NCBI GenBank assembly: GCA_965242705.1
Contig: OZ251486.1
Coordinates: forward strand, 2,412,255-2,476,254
Origin: Bryobacterales bacterium
GTDB taxonomy: Bacteria > Acidobacteriota > Terriglobia > Bryobacterales > UBA6623
Reading direction: 5' to 3'
DNA: 64,000 nucleotides
Part shown: in pieces, positions 19,488-28,101 of the stretch
Layout of the letters: each line of letters begins with the position of its first letter
How positions within the stretch are numbered: position 1 is the first letter of the stretch
Notes under the pieces: model-generated
Told to the model about the DNA's origin: nothing
Seen by the model: only the letters and a program-made list of their open reading frames with translations
Databases searched by the model: none
Made by a program: the position numbers and the translations under genes

Positions 19488-19682
19488 GTGAAGTTTCGCC
19501 CGTCCACGGCAGTTCATGCGGCGGCTTTCTCGTTGAGCGGATCGGTGCTCGGCGGATTGCTGATCGGCGCCCTGATCGGCGAACGCTGGGATTGCAATCC
19601 GGCTGCCGCGGTCGTCGGGCTCTTCCTCGGAATTGCCGTCGGATTCTACAACCTCGCCAAGGCTATCTGGAACAAGAAATGA
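19488..19682 (+). CDS. AtpZ/AtpI-family (ATPase gene 1) small membrane protein
   Basis: 64 aa with two TM segments ('VLGGLLIGALIG', 'GLFLGIAVGFYN'); first gene of the Fo cluster; ATGA overlap. Confidence 0.7.
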   Translation: MKFRPSTAVHAAAFSLSGSVLGGLLIGALIGERWDCNPAAAVVGLFLGIAVGFYNLAKAIWNKK

Positions 19683-19960
19683 CAAGCGCCGTTGTAGCAG
19701 GACTGACCGCGGGCTTCGCGACTCTCGCCGTTTCCGAGATCGTCCTGCGCCGCGTCGGGCGGCGGTCGGGGCGCGCCTTCTGGAAAGCGCTGACCGCTGG
19801 CGCGGCGGCGCGCGCCGCCTGGGTGCTGATCGCGCTGGCCTCCGCGCTCTCGCTCGGCTTGGCCGAACCTCGGGCGTTCGCGCTCTCTCTGCTCGCAAGC
19901 TATTTTGCCGCGCAGGTCATCGAAGGCATGCGCTACCGGAGGGCTTTCGAACGGCGATGA
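19679..19960 (+). CDS. ATP synthase protein I-like membrane protein
   Basis: Hydrophobic 93-aa ORF coupled by ATGA overlaps to both neighbours, directly upstream of atpB. Confidence 0.55.
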   Translation: MTSAVVAGLTAGFATLAVSEIVLRRVGRRSGRAFWKALTAGAAARAAWVLIALASALSLGLAEPRAFALSLLASYFAAQVIEGMRYRRAFERR

Positions 19961-20805
19961 TGCGGCGGCTTTTCACGGCGCTGCCGGCGGCGGCGCTCGC
20001 CTACGGGGCGGAGCAGGGCGAATCGCACGAGGAGTCCCTGCCCGAAGTCATCATGCACCACATCTCCAACGGCGCGGTCGAATACGGCTTTCTCACGCCG
20101 GCCGCGCCCTTTCTGGAGCACTGGGGCATCTCCAAAGCGGTGCTCATGATGCTGGCCGCTTCGCTCATCCTGATCGTGATCGCCGGCTTTTTCCTGCGCG
20201 CGCCGCAGGCCGCCGGCGCCGCCCCGAAGGGCATGGCCAACGCGCTCGAGGCGATGGTCGTCTTCGTGCGCGACGAAATCGCCGTCGGCAACATGGGCGA
20301 GAAATGGGGGCGCCGCTTCACGCCTTTCCTGCTGACCCTGTTCTTCTTCATCCTGACCTGCAACCTGCTGGGGCTCGTCCCCGGCGGATTCACCGCAACG
20401 AGCAACCTCAACGTCACCGGCGCGCTCGCCGTCGTCTCGTTCTTCACGTTCATCGTCAGCGGCGTCGCCGCCCTCGGCCCCGTCGGCTACATCAAACACA
20501 TGGTGCCGCACGGAACCCCCCTGGCCATCGCCCCGCTGGTCGTCGTTCTGGAGACGATCTCGATGTTCGTGCGCCCGATCGCGCTGATGATCCGCCTCGG
20601 CGCGAACATGACTGCCGGGCACATCGTCATCCTGATCATCCTCGGCTTCATTTTCATGTTCCAAAGCGTCGCGCTGTCGGTCGTCTCCATTCCTCTGGCC
20701 GTCGCCATCACGCTGCTGGAGCTGATCGTCGCCTTTATCCAGGCGTACGTGTTTACGCTGCTGACCTCCATGTACATAGGCATGGTCGTCCATTCTTCGC
20801 ACTGA
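19957..20805 (+). CDS. atpB: ATP synthase Fo subunit a
   Basis: 'FFFILTCNLLGLVP', 'TATSNLNVT', 'VRPIALMIRLGANMTAGH', 'LELIVAFIQAYVFTLLT'. Confidence 0.95.
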   Translation: MMRRLFTALPAAALAYGAEQGESHEESLPEVIMHHISNGAVEYGFLTPAAPFLEHWGISKAVLMMLAASLILIVIAGFFLRAPQAAGAAPKGMANALEAMVVFVRDEIAVGNMGEKWGRRFTPFLLTLFFFILTCNLLGLVPGGFTATSNLNVTGALAVVSFFTFIVSGVAALGPVGYIKHMVPHGTPLAIAPLVVVLETISMFVRPIALMIRLGANMTAGHIVILIILGFIFMFQSVALSVVSIPLAVAITLLELIVAFIQAYVFTLLTSMYIGMVVHSSH

Positions 20806-20864
20806 TTTTTTCTGAAGACGTTCTTACGCTTCGCATCACCACCACGCAAAAAGGAACCCTTACG

Positions 20865-21155
20865 ATGAAACCCACCCACAAAATGTTCTGGCTCGCGGCG
20901 CTTCTGCTCGCCGCGCCCGCTCTGGCCTCCGCCCAGGTGCTCGACAAGTATTCCGGCGCCGCGCTGGGCGCGGGCATCGTTGTCATCGGCGCCGGCCTGG
21001 GCATCGGTCGATTCACGGCCGCCGCAGTCGAGAGCATCGCCCGCCAGCCGCAGGCCGCCGACGACATCAAAAGCGCGTTCACCCTGCCGCTGTTCCTGCT
21101 CGAAGGCGTCGCCGTTATCGGACTCGGCGTGCTCTTCGTCGCGCTGCTCTTCTAG
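20865..21155 (+). CDS. atpE: ATP synthase Fo subunit c with signal-peptide-like extension
   Basis: 'GAGIVVIGAGLGIG...ARQP' and ion-binding Glu in 'FLLEGVA'. Confidence 0.92.
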   Translation: MKPTHKMFWLAALLLAAPALASAQVLDKYSGAALGAGIVVIGAGLGIGRFTAAAVESIARQPQAADDIKSAFTLPLFLLEGVAVIGLGVLFVALLF

Positions 21156-21190
21156 CTCGAAATCGAGTCGAAATCCAGGAGACGACCGCC

Positions 21191-21703
21191 ATGGCCGGCG
21201 ACAATCCCTTGCTCAAATTCGAACCGGGTCTGATGATCTGGACCGTGGTGACGTTCCTCCTTACGTTCGTCGCCTTGCGCCTGATTGCCTGGAAACCGCT
21301 TCTGGGCGCTTTGGACGAGCGCGAGCGGCGCATCAAAGACTCCTTGGAAAAAGCCGACCGGACCCGGCGCGAGGCCGAACGGGCCATGGCCGAAGACAAG
21401 GCCCGCTCCGAAGAAGCTCTGCGCCGCTCGGAAGAACTGATCGCCGCCGCGAAACAGGAAGCCGAACAGGTCCGCGCCCGGATCGTAGAGGAAGCGCGCG
21501 CCGAGTCGAAAAAGATCGTCGAGCAGGGGCTGCGGCGGGTCGAAGCCGAGCAGCGCGCCGCCTCCGAGGCGATTCGCCGCGAAACCGCGGAAATCGCCGT
21601 CCGCGCGGCCGAGCGCGTCCTTGAGAAAAATCTCGACGGCCCGGAACAGCGGCGCCTCGTCGAAGATTTTCTCAACGAGCTTCCCGACAGGCCGGCCCGG
21701 TAA
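21191..21703 (+). CDS. atpF: ATP synthase Fo subunit b
   Basis: 'PGLMIWTVVTF...AWKPLLGALDERERRI' followed by a coiled coil. Confidence 0.92.
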   Translation: MAGDNPLLKFEPGLMIWTVVTFLLTFVALRLIAWKPLLGALDERERRIKDSLEKADRTRREAERAMAEDKARSEEALRRSEELIAAAKQEAEQVRARIVEEARAESKKIVEQGLRRVEAEQRAASEAIRRETAEIAVRAAERVLEKNLDGPEQRRLVEDFLNELPDRPAR

Positions 21704-21709
21704 CGGTCC

Positions 21710-23611
21710 GTGGCGAAACGCGCGGCATACGGCTTCTGGAAGTCGCCCCTGACTTCCGACTTGGCCGCCGCCGAATCCGTCCGCCTCGGCGAACCCGCCC
21801 TCGACGACGGCGATATCTATTGGCTTGAAGGGCGCCCCGCGGAAAAGGGCCGCTCCGTGCTGGCGCGCATGGCGCCCGACGGATCCTGCGCCGATGTTTC
21901 CCCGCCGCCGTTCAACGTGCGCACCCGCGTTCACGAGTACGGCGGCGGCGCCTATGCCGCAGACCGCGGAACCGTCTTCTTTTCCAACTTCAGCGACCAG
22001 CGCATCTACAGCGTTGATCCCGGCTGCGAGCCCGAGCCGCTGACTCCTGAGCGCCCCTGGCGCTATGCCGACTTCGCGGTGGACCGCCCCCGCGGACGCT
22101 TGACGGCGGTGCGCGAAGACCATTCCGACCCCTCGCGCGAGCCGGTCAACGCCATCGCCGCGATTCCCCTCGATCCCAGCGCGCAACAGAGCATCCTGGT
22201 CTCCGGCGCGGATTTCTATTCCAATCCGCGCCTTAGCCCCGACGGCGGCCGCCTGTGCTGGATCGAGTGGCGTCACCCGAACATGCCTTGGGACGGAACC
22301 GAACTCTGGACGGCCGATTTCGCCCCCGACGGCAGCCTTGCCGACCGCCGCAAAGTCGCCGGAGGCCCGCGGGAATCGATCTTTCAACCCGAATGGTCGT
22401 CGAACGGGCATATCTTCTTCGTCTCCGACCGCAACGGCTTCTGGAATCTCTACCGCGAGTCCCCCTACGGCGTCGCCGCGGTTCACGAGATGGAAGCCGA
22501 GTTCGGCTTCCCCCAATGGGTCTTCGGCATGCGCACCTACGGCTTTATCGGCGACGGACGGCTGATCTGCGCCTATGTCCGCTCGGGCCAATGGAGCCTG
22601 GCGCGCATCGACCCCGCCGCGGGCAGATTCGAACCGATTGAAACGCCCTACACCGACATCGAAGGTTTGCAGGCGTCGGGCAACGCCGCCGTTTTCCGCG
22701 GCGCCTCGCCGGGCGAGCCCGCGGCCATCGTCAAACTCGACGCCGCAAGCGGCGAAACCGAGCGGCTGCGCAGCGCGGCGGCGTTGCCCGACGGCCTCCG
22801 CCCCTATCTCTCCGCCCCGCGGTCAATCTCGTTTCCCACCGACGGCGGCCGTGAAGCCCACGCCTTCCACTACCCGCCGCACAACCCCGACTTCGAGGCC
22901 CCGCCCGACGAGAAACCGCCGCTGATCGTGATGAGCCACGGCGGCCCGACCGCCGCCGCGTCGAACGCCCTGTCGCTCAGCAAACAATACTTCACCAGCC
23001 GCGGCTTCGCCGTCGTGGATGTCAATTACTCGGGAAGCGCCGGCTACGGACGCGAGTACCGCGAACGCCTCAACGGCAACTGGGGCGCCGCCGACGTCGC
23101 GGACTGCGCGAACGCCGCGCTGCGCCTCGCCGATCAGGGTCTCGCCGACCGCGAACGCCTCATCGTCAAGGGCGGCAGCGCCGGCGGCTACACCACGATG
23201 GCCTGCCTGGCCTTCCGCGATGTCTTCGCCGCCGGAGCCAGTTCCTACGGCGTCAGCGATCTCGAAGCGCTGGCCCGCGACACCCACAAGTTCGAGTCGC
23301 GCTACCTCGACAGCCTGATCGGCCCCTACCCCGAAGCAAGACAAACCTACGTCGAGCGCTCGCCCATCCACGCCGTGGACAGACTTTCCGCCCCGATTAT
23401 TTTCTTCCAGGGCGGCGAAGACCGCGTCGTGCCGCCCGATCAAACCGAAACCATGGTCGACGCCCTGCGCGCCAAGGGCATACCCGCGGCCTATCTGCTG
23501 TTCGAAGACGAGCAGCACGGCTTTCGCAACGGCGAAAACGTCAAGCGCGTGCTCGACGCCGAACTCTACTTCTACGCGGCCATGCTGCTCAAAAAAGGCA
23601 TACGCTTCTAG
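21710..23611 (+). CDS. S9 family (prolyl oligopeptidase/acylaminoacyl) peptidase
   Basis: 'YGFWKSP', 'VHEYGGG', 'HGGPT', catalytic 'GGSAGG', 'DRVV', 'EQHGF'. Confidence 0.93.
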   Translation: MAKRAAYGFWKSPLTSDLAAAESVRLGEPALDDGDIYWLEGRPAEKGRSVLARMAPDGSCADVSPPPFNVRTRVHEYGGGAYAADRGTVFFSNFSDQRIYSVDPGCEPEPLTPERPWRYADFAVDRPRGRLTAVREDHSDPSREPVNAIAAIPLDPSAQQSILVSGADFYSNPRLSPDGGRLCWIEWRHPNMPWDGTELWTADFAPDGSLADRRKVAGGPRESIFQPEWSSNGHIFFVSDRNGFWNLYRESPYGVAAVHEMEAEFGFPQWVFGMRTYGFIGDGRLICAYVRSGQWSLARIDPAAGRFEPIETPYTDIEGLQASGNAAVFRGASPGEPAAIVKLDAASGETERLRSAAALPDGLRPYLSAPRSISFPTDGGREAHAFHYPPHNPDFEAPPDEKPPLIVMSHGGPTAAASNALSLSKQYFTSRGFAVVDVNYSGSAGYGREYRERLNGNWGAADVADCANAALRLADQGLADRERLIVKGGSAGGYTTMACLAFRDVFAAGASSYGVSDLEALARDTHKFESRYLDSLIGPYPEARQTYVERSPIHAVDRLSAPIIFFQGGEDRVVPPDQTETMVDALRAKGIPAAYLLFEDEQHGFRNGENVKRVLDAELYFYAAMLLKKGIRF

Positions 23612-25077
23612 CGTTCGCGCCGTTTCCGTATCTGAATGCCCAGGCGCTGAATCTTCTGGTTCAGGGTCGAAAGCGCTACGCGGAACGTCTTGGCCGTCTC
23701 GGTCTGGTTGAAGCCGTGCTTCTCGAGTTGCGACTCGATCAGCTTGCGCTCGAACCCCTCCACGATTTCCGACAGGCTCGCCCCGGCAACCGGCTGAATT
23801 TTACGCGCCTCGCGCGGAACGACCATGCCGTGCGCCGCCAGCAGCGATTCCGGGAAAACCTCGGGCGTCAACTCGACGCCCGTCGCCAGCACCACGGCCC
23901 GCTCGACCACGTTTTCCAACTCGCGCACGTTGCCCGGCCACTCGTGATCCATCAGGATGCGCATCGCTTCGCTGGAAAAGCGCAGCGTCGAAACGTTGTT
24001 TTCATCCAGATAGGCGTTCCTTTCCCGGCGGCAAAACATCGTCAGAAAGTGATCGACCAGCAGCGGGATATCGCCGCGCCGCTCGCGCAGCGGCGGCAAA
24101 TGCACGCCGATCACGTTCAGGCGGTAAAACAGGTCTTCGCGGAATCTGCCCTCGGCCGCCGCGGCCGCCAGATCCTCGTTGGTCGCGGCAATGATGCGCA
24201 CGTCCACGCGAACCGTCTCCGTCGAACCGACCGGCATGAACTCGCGCTCTTGAATCACGCGCAGCAATTTCGCCTGCGTGTCGATGCCGAGCGTGCCCAC
24301 CTCGTCGAGAAAGATCGTCCCCTCGTGCGCCAACTCGAAACACCCTTTGCGGTTCTGCACCGCCCCGGTAAACGCCCCCTTGATGTGCCCGAACAGCGTC
24401 GATTCCAGCAAATCCACGGGCACCGACCCCGAATTGACCGGCACGAACGGCTTGCCGGCGCGGGGCGAGTTGGCATGGATGGCCTTGGCGATCAGTTCCT
24501 TGCCCGTTCCGCTCTCGCCGGAGATCAGCACCGTCGAGCGGCTGGGCGCGACCTGCGACACGAGCGAAAAGACGCGCTGCATCTCGCCGCTCTTGCCGAC
24601 GATATTCTCGAAGCTGTAGCGCTGCTGCAATTCGCCCCGCAGCCGGGCGTTCTCTTCTTCCAGGCGCCGCCGCGTCAGCGTCTGCTTGATCTCCAGCAGC
24701 AGCTTTTCGTTGCTCCAGGGCTTCGTCAGGAAATTGTCCGCGCCCAGCCGGATGGCCTTGACCGCCGTTTCCACCGACCCGTAAGCGGTCAGCATGAGCA
24801 CGGGCAGCGACTTGTCCGCCTTGCGCAGCTCTTCCAGGACTTCCAGACCCGAACGGTCGGGCAGCATCAGGTCGAGCAGCACCAGATCGTGAGACGCCCG
24901 CGACGCCGCCCGAATCCCTTCGGCTCCCGTCGCCGCCGTGGAAACAGCATAGCGTTCGAGCGTCAGCAGCAGCTCCAGGCTGTCGCGGATGGCCGCCTCG
25001 TCATCGACGATCAGGATGCGCCCGCGGCCGGGAGCATCGAGAGGCCGCCGCGAAGCCGCGGATAGCAGATCAGACAT
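23608..25077 (-). CDS. sigma54-dependent response regulator (NtrC family)
   Basis: REC domain, 'GESGTGKE', 'GAFTGA', 'FLDEVG', 'WPGNVRELEN', Fis-type HTH. Confidence 0.95.
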   Translation of the reverse strand: MSDLLSAASRRPLDAPGRGRILIVDDEAAIRDSLELLLTLERYAVSTAATGAEGIRAASRASHDLVLLDLMLPDRSGLEVLEELRKADKSLPVLMLTAYGSVETAVKAIRLGADNFLTKPWSNEKLLLEIKQTLTRRRLEEENARLRGELQQRYSFENIVGKSGEMQRVFSLVSQVAPSRSTVLISGESGTGKELIAKAIHANSPRAGKPFVPVNSGSVPVDLLESTLFGHIKGAFTGAVQNRKGCFELAHEGTIFLDEVGTLGIDTQAKLLRVIQEREFMPVGSTETVRVDVRIIAATNEDLAAAAAEGRFREDLFYRLNVIGVHLPPLRERRGDIPLLVDHFLTMFCRRERNAYLDENNVSTLRFSSEAMRILMDHEWPGNVRELENVVERAVVLATGVELTPEVFPESLLAAHGMVVPREARKIQPVAGASLSEIVEGFERKLIESQLEKHGFNQTETAKTFRVALSTLNQKIQRLGIQIRKRRER

Positions 25078-27946
25078 GAACCGGACGTTCCGCCGCGGGC
25101 AGGGCAATCGTAAACGTCGTCCCCCGCCCGGGCGCGCTGCTTGCCGAGATGACGCCGGAATGTTCCCGCACGATGCCGTAAGTGACCGCCAGCCCCAGAC
25201 CCGTGCCGCGCCGCGGCCCCTTGGTCGTGAAGAACGGGTCGAAAATTCGCCCCTGCGCCGCTTCGGGAATGCCCACGCCCGTATCGCCGATGCGAATCTC
25301 GACCGAGCCTCCGCCGGCGCGCTCCGCGGTCTCTACCGCCAGCGCGCCGCCTTGCGGCATCGCATCGCGCGCATTGAGGAACAGATTCAGGAAAACCTGC
25401 TGCAGTTTTCCAGCGTTGCCCTCGACCGGAACCGCCGCATCGAGCCGCCTCTCTACGCGGACGCCCGCCTCGCGAAGCTGCGGCGCAACCAGAACCAGCA
25501 CGTCTTCAATCACCCGATTTACGTCCGTCGGGGCGGTTTCGCTGCCGGAAGTCCGCGAGAAATTGAGCAGCGACTGCACGATCTCGCCGGCGCGGAAGGT
25601 CTGCGCCGTGATTTTCCCCAGCATCTCGCCTTCGCTGCTGTCCCGCTCGATGCGCTTGGCCAGCATCTGCGCATAGCTGGAGATTACCGCCAACGGCGTA
25701 TTCACTTCGTGCGCGACGCCCGCCGCGAGCAGCCCGACCGAGCTCAGTTTGTCCGCCTGCGCCGCCTGCTCCTCGAGCTCGACCCGCTCGGTCACGTCAT
25801 CGAAAATCACCAGCCGCCCGATCGGTTCGAAATCTTTGGCCACAAGGGGCGCGACTGCGATATTGACCAGCCGCTCCTGTTCGGCCGAGGCGCCCGACGG
25901 ACGGAACTCCGCAGGGAAGTCCCCCGCCCGCAGACGGAACTTGTAGATGTTGCGGATGCCCGTCTCGCCGCGGCATTTCTCGAACTCGGCGATCAACGCC
26001 GGCGGCAAAAGCTCTTCGATCTTGCGTCCCGCCGCCTGCGGGCGCGAAATGCCGAACACCAACTCAAGCTGCGTGTTCCAGCTTTCCACGCGGTCGTCGA
26101 GATCGACCGCCAGGATGCCCGCCGCAAGCGATTCGACGATGTTTTCGTTGTAGTCCTTGAGTTGCTGGTACTGCTCCGCCTTGCGCTCCAGGGAACGGTA
26201 CAGGCGGGCGTTTTCCAGGGCGATGGCGAAATAGCCGGCCGCGGCCTCGACCAGAGCCGCGTCGCCGCTGCTCGGGTACCGCCCGGCGTTCGTGCGCCCC
26301 AGAGCCAGCCATGCCGCGGTGCGCCCCCGCGCGCGGCAGGGCACGAAGTAGTGGCAATCGAGCGCCGCGAGCAGTTCGCGCAATTTGCCGGACTGCCCGC
26401 TCAGAGACTGCGGATCCTCGAAAAACACCGTGCCCGAAGCCCGCTGCGAAAACCCTTCCAGCAAACCCAGGTTCGCCGAAGCGCCGGTCGGCAAACCCTC
26501 GATCCCTTGCTGCTGCGCCAAGCGGAAGCGCCCCGCCTCCCGCTCCTCGCCGGAATCGGCAACGAACACCGCCAAGCGCGCGGCGTCCAGCGTCTGCGTC
26601 AGGCGGACGCAGACCGCTTCGGCCATCGCTCCCGGGTCGGCCGCCCGGGTCAACTCCGCGGCGAATTCCGTCAGTGTCCGCCGGTAGTCATAGCGTTCCC
26701 GATAGAAACGCCGGTCGAGCGCCCGTTCGATTCGCTTGCGCAGCGGCTGGAAGAGCAGCGCGGCGGCAACCAGCAGCGCCGGCCAGGCAACCGGCGCCAG
26801 GGACGGCGATCCCGTCTCGACGAACAACCTGCCGGTCAACAGCCCGCCCAGATAAACCACGATCGTCAACGCCGCAGCCGCCAACGCGTAAGCGCCCGAA
26901 CGCCGCGCCAACAGTTCGACGTCCATCAAGCGGTACTTCACCAGCGCAAACGCGCAGGCCAGCGGAAGCAGCGCCAGCGAAAACACCGCGAGCGCCGCGT
27001 TCGGCCCCGGTTCGTAGCCCAAGGCGAACGGCGCAGCATAGACGGCGCAGAACGGCAGCGCCGCTCCCAGCGCTCCGTACGCCAGCCAGCGCCGCTGCTG
27101 CCGCAGCGGCCACGCCTCTCCGGCCTGCGCCCCGAACCGAACCGCCGCGGCGCCGCCCGCAAAATTCAGCCCCAGCAAAAGCAGCGGCAGGGAATCGAAA
27201 ACAAACAACTCCTCGGCAGCCGAGCTGTCGGTAACCAGCCAACCCGCGGCCGTCAGATGGTGGCCGGCGCCAATGCAGACGGCAACGCCGTACGCCGCCT
27301 TCGCCGCCCAGGCGAGACGCTTTTGCCCATGCGGAAACCGCAGGCAGAAATCCAGGAAGATCGCCGGCGCCAACAGCAGCGCCCAGACGTCCAGCCAGTA
27401 CGTCAGGCGGTCGAGCGCGTCCAACGCTCCGCTGAAGCTCAGGCTGTAAAGCGCGAACGAAGCCAGGCAAAACGCATAGAACCGCGCGGCCTGCGCTCCG
27501 CTCTTGCGCCAATAGACCGTAAACCCGATCAGCCCGTAAATCCAGCCCAGCGCCGTGAGAAACCAGCGCACCGCCGGCTGCCTGCCGCTCTTGGCGACAA
27601 TGACGCCGCCCGCAAGCTCGGTTTCGCCGCGTGAGAAAACATACTCCACGCGGTTCCAGACGCCCACCGCGGCAAGCGCCTCGGGTACGTCGAGCGATTC
27701 AGCCATCGGCCGCCCGCCGATGGACAGTAAAACGTCGCCCGGCCGCACCCCCACCCGTGCGGCCGGGCCTCGAGGATCGACCCGGGCGGCCTCGACGCCG
27801 GCATCCGAATCGACCCACATGACCCCGTCCTCCGGCGCCCCGAAATGGCTGCGCTGCGCCTGGTTGGCCAGCGACAGCATGCCCAGAGCCAACCCCACGA
27901 AGGCCCCGAGCACGGTCCATTTCATCGATCGACGAGGTCTAACCAT
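25070..27946 (-). CDS. membrane sensor histidine kinase (PDZ, multi-TM, GAF, PAS, HisKA/HATPase)
   Basis: PDZ 'GPAARVGVRPGDVLLSI', 'AIALENARLY', H-box 'AHEVNTPL', 'NARDAM', 'FDPFFTTK', 'GTGLGL'. Confidence 0.93.
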   Translation of the reverse strand: MVRPRRSMKWTVLGAFVGLALGMLSLANQAQRSHFGAPEDGVMWVDSDAGVEAARVDPRGPAARVGVRPGDVLLSIGGRPMAESLDVPEALAAVGVWNRVEYVFSRGETELAGGVIVAKSGRQPAVRWFLTALGWIYGLIGFTVYWRKSGAQAARFYAFCLASFALYSLSFSGALDALDRLTYWLDVWALLLAPAIFLDFCLRFPHGQKRLAWAAKAAYGVAVCIGAGHHLTAAGWLVTDSSAAEELFVFDSLPLLLLGLNFAGGAAAVRFGAQAGEAWPLRQQRRWLAYGALGAALPFCAVYAAPFALGYEPGPNAALAVFSLALLPLACAFALVKYRLMDVELLARRSGAYALAAAALTIVVYLGGLLTGRLFVETGSPSLAPVAWPALLVAAALLFQPLRKRIERALDRRFYRERYDYRRTLTEFAAELTRAADPGAMAEAVCVRLTQTLDAARLAVFVADSGEEREAGRFRLAQQQGIEGLPTGASANLGLLEGFSQRASGTVFFEDPQSLSGQSGKLRELLAALDCHYFVPCRARGRTAAWLALGRTNAGRYPSSGDAALVEAAAGYFAIALENARLYRSLERKAEQYQQLKDYNENIVESLAAGILAVDLDDRVESWNTQLELVFGISRPQAAGRKIEELLPPALIAEFEKCRGETGIRNIYKFRLRAGDFPAEFRPSGASAEQERLVNIAVAPLVAKDFEPIGRLVIFDDVTERVELEEQAAQADKLSSVGLLAAGVAHEVNTPLAVISSYAQMLAKRIERDSSEGEMLGKITAQTFRAGEIVQSLLNFSRTSGSETAPTDVNRVIEDVLVLVAPQLREAGVRVERRLDAAVPVEGNAGKLQQVFLNLFLNARDAMPQGGALAVETAERAGGGSVEIRIGDTGVGIPEAAQGRIFDPFFTTKGPRRGTGLGLAVTYGIVREHSGVISASSAPGRGTTFTIALPAAERPVHV

Positions 27947-28012
27947 GTTTCAACGGGCGGCCTTCAGCGCCAGGACGCGCCTCAGCCGCACCGATCCGTC
28001 ACTACTCTTCGT

Positions 28013-28029
28013 AGCAAATACCGTGCCAA
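28013..28029 (-). promoter_or_regulatory. sigma54 (-24/-12) promoter for the kinase/regulator operon
   Basis: Minus strand TTGGCACGGTATTTGCT fits TGGCAC-N5-TTGC exactly, about 65 nt upstream of ATG 27946. Confidence 0.85.
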
Positions 28030-28101
28030 TTTGGAAATACCTGAAAAAAACCGCTCTTGCGCGGCTGGGCGCCGCTTGAATCCCATTTAACGGATATTGC
28101 A

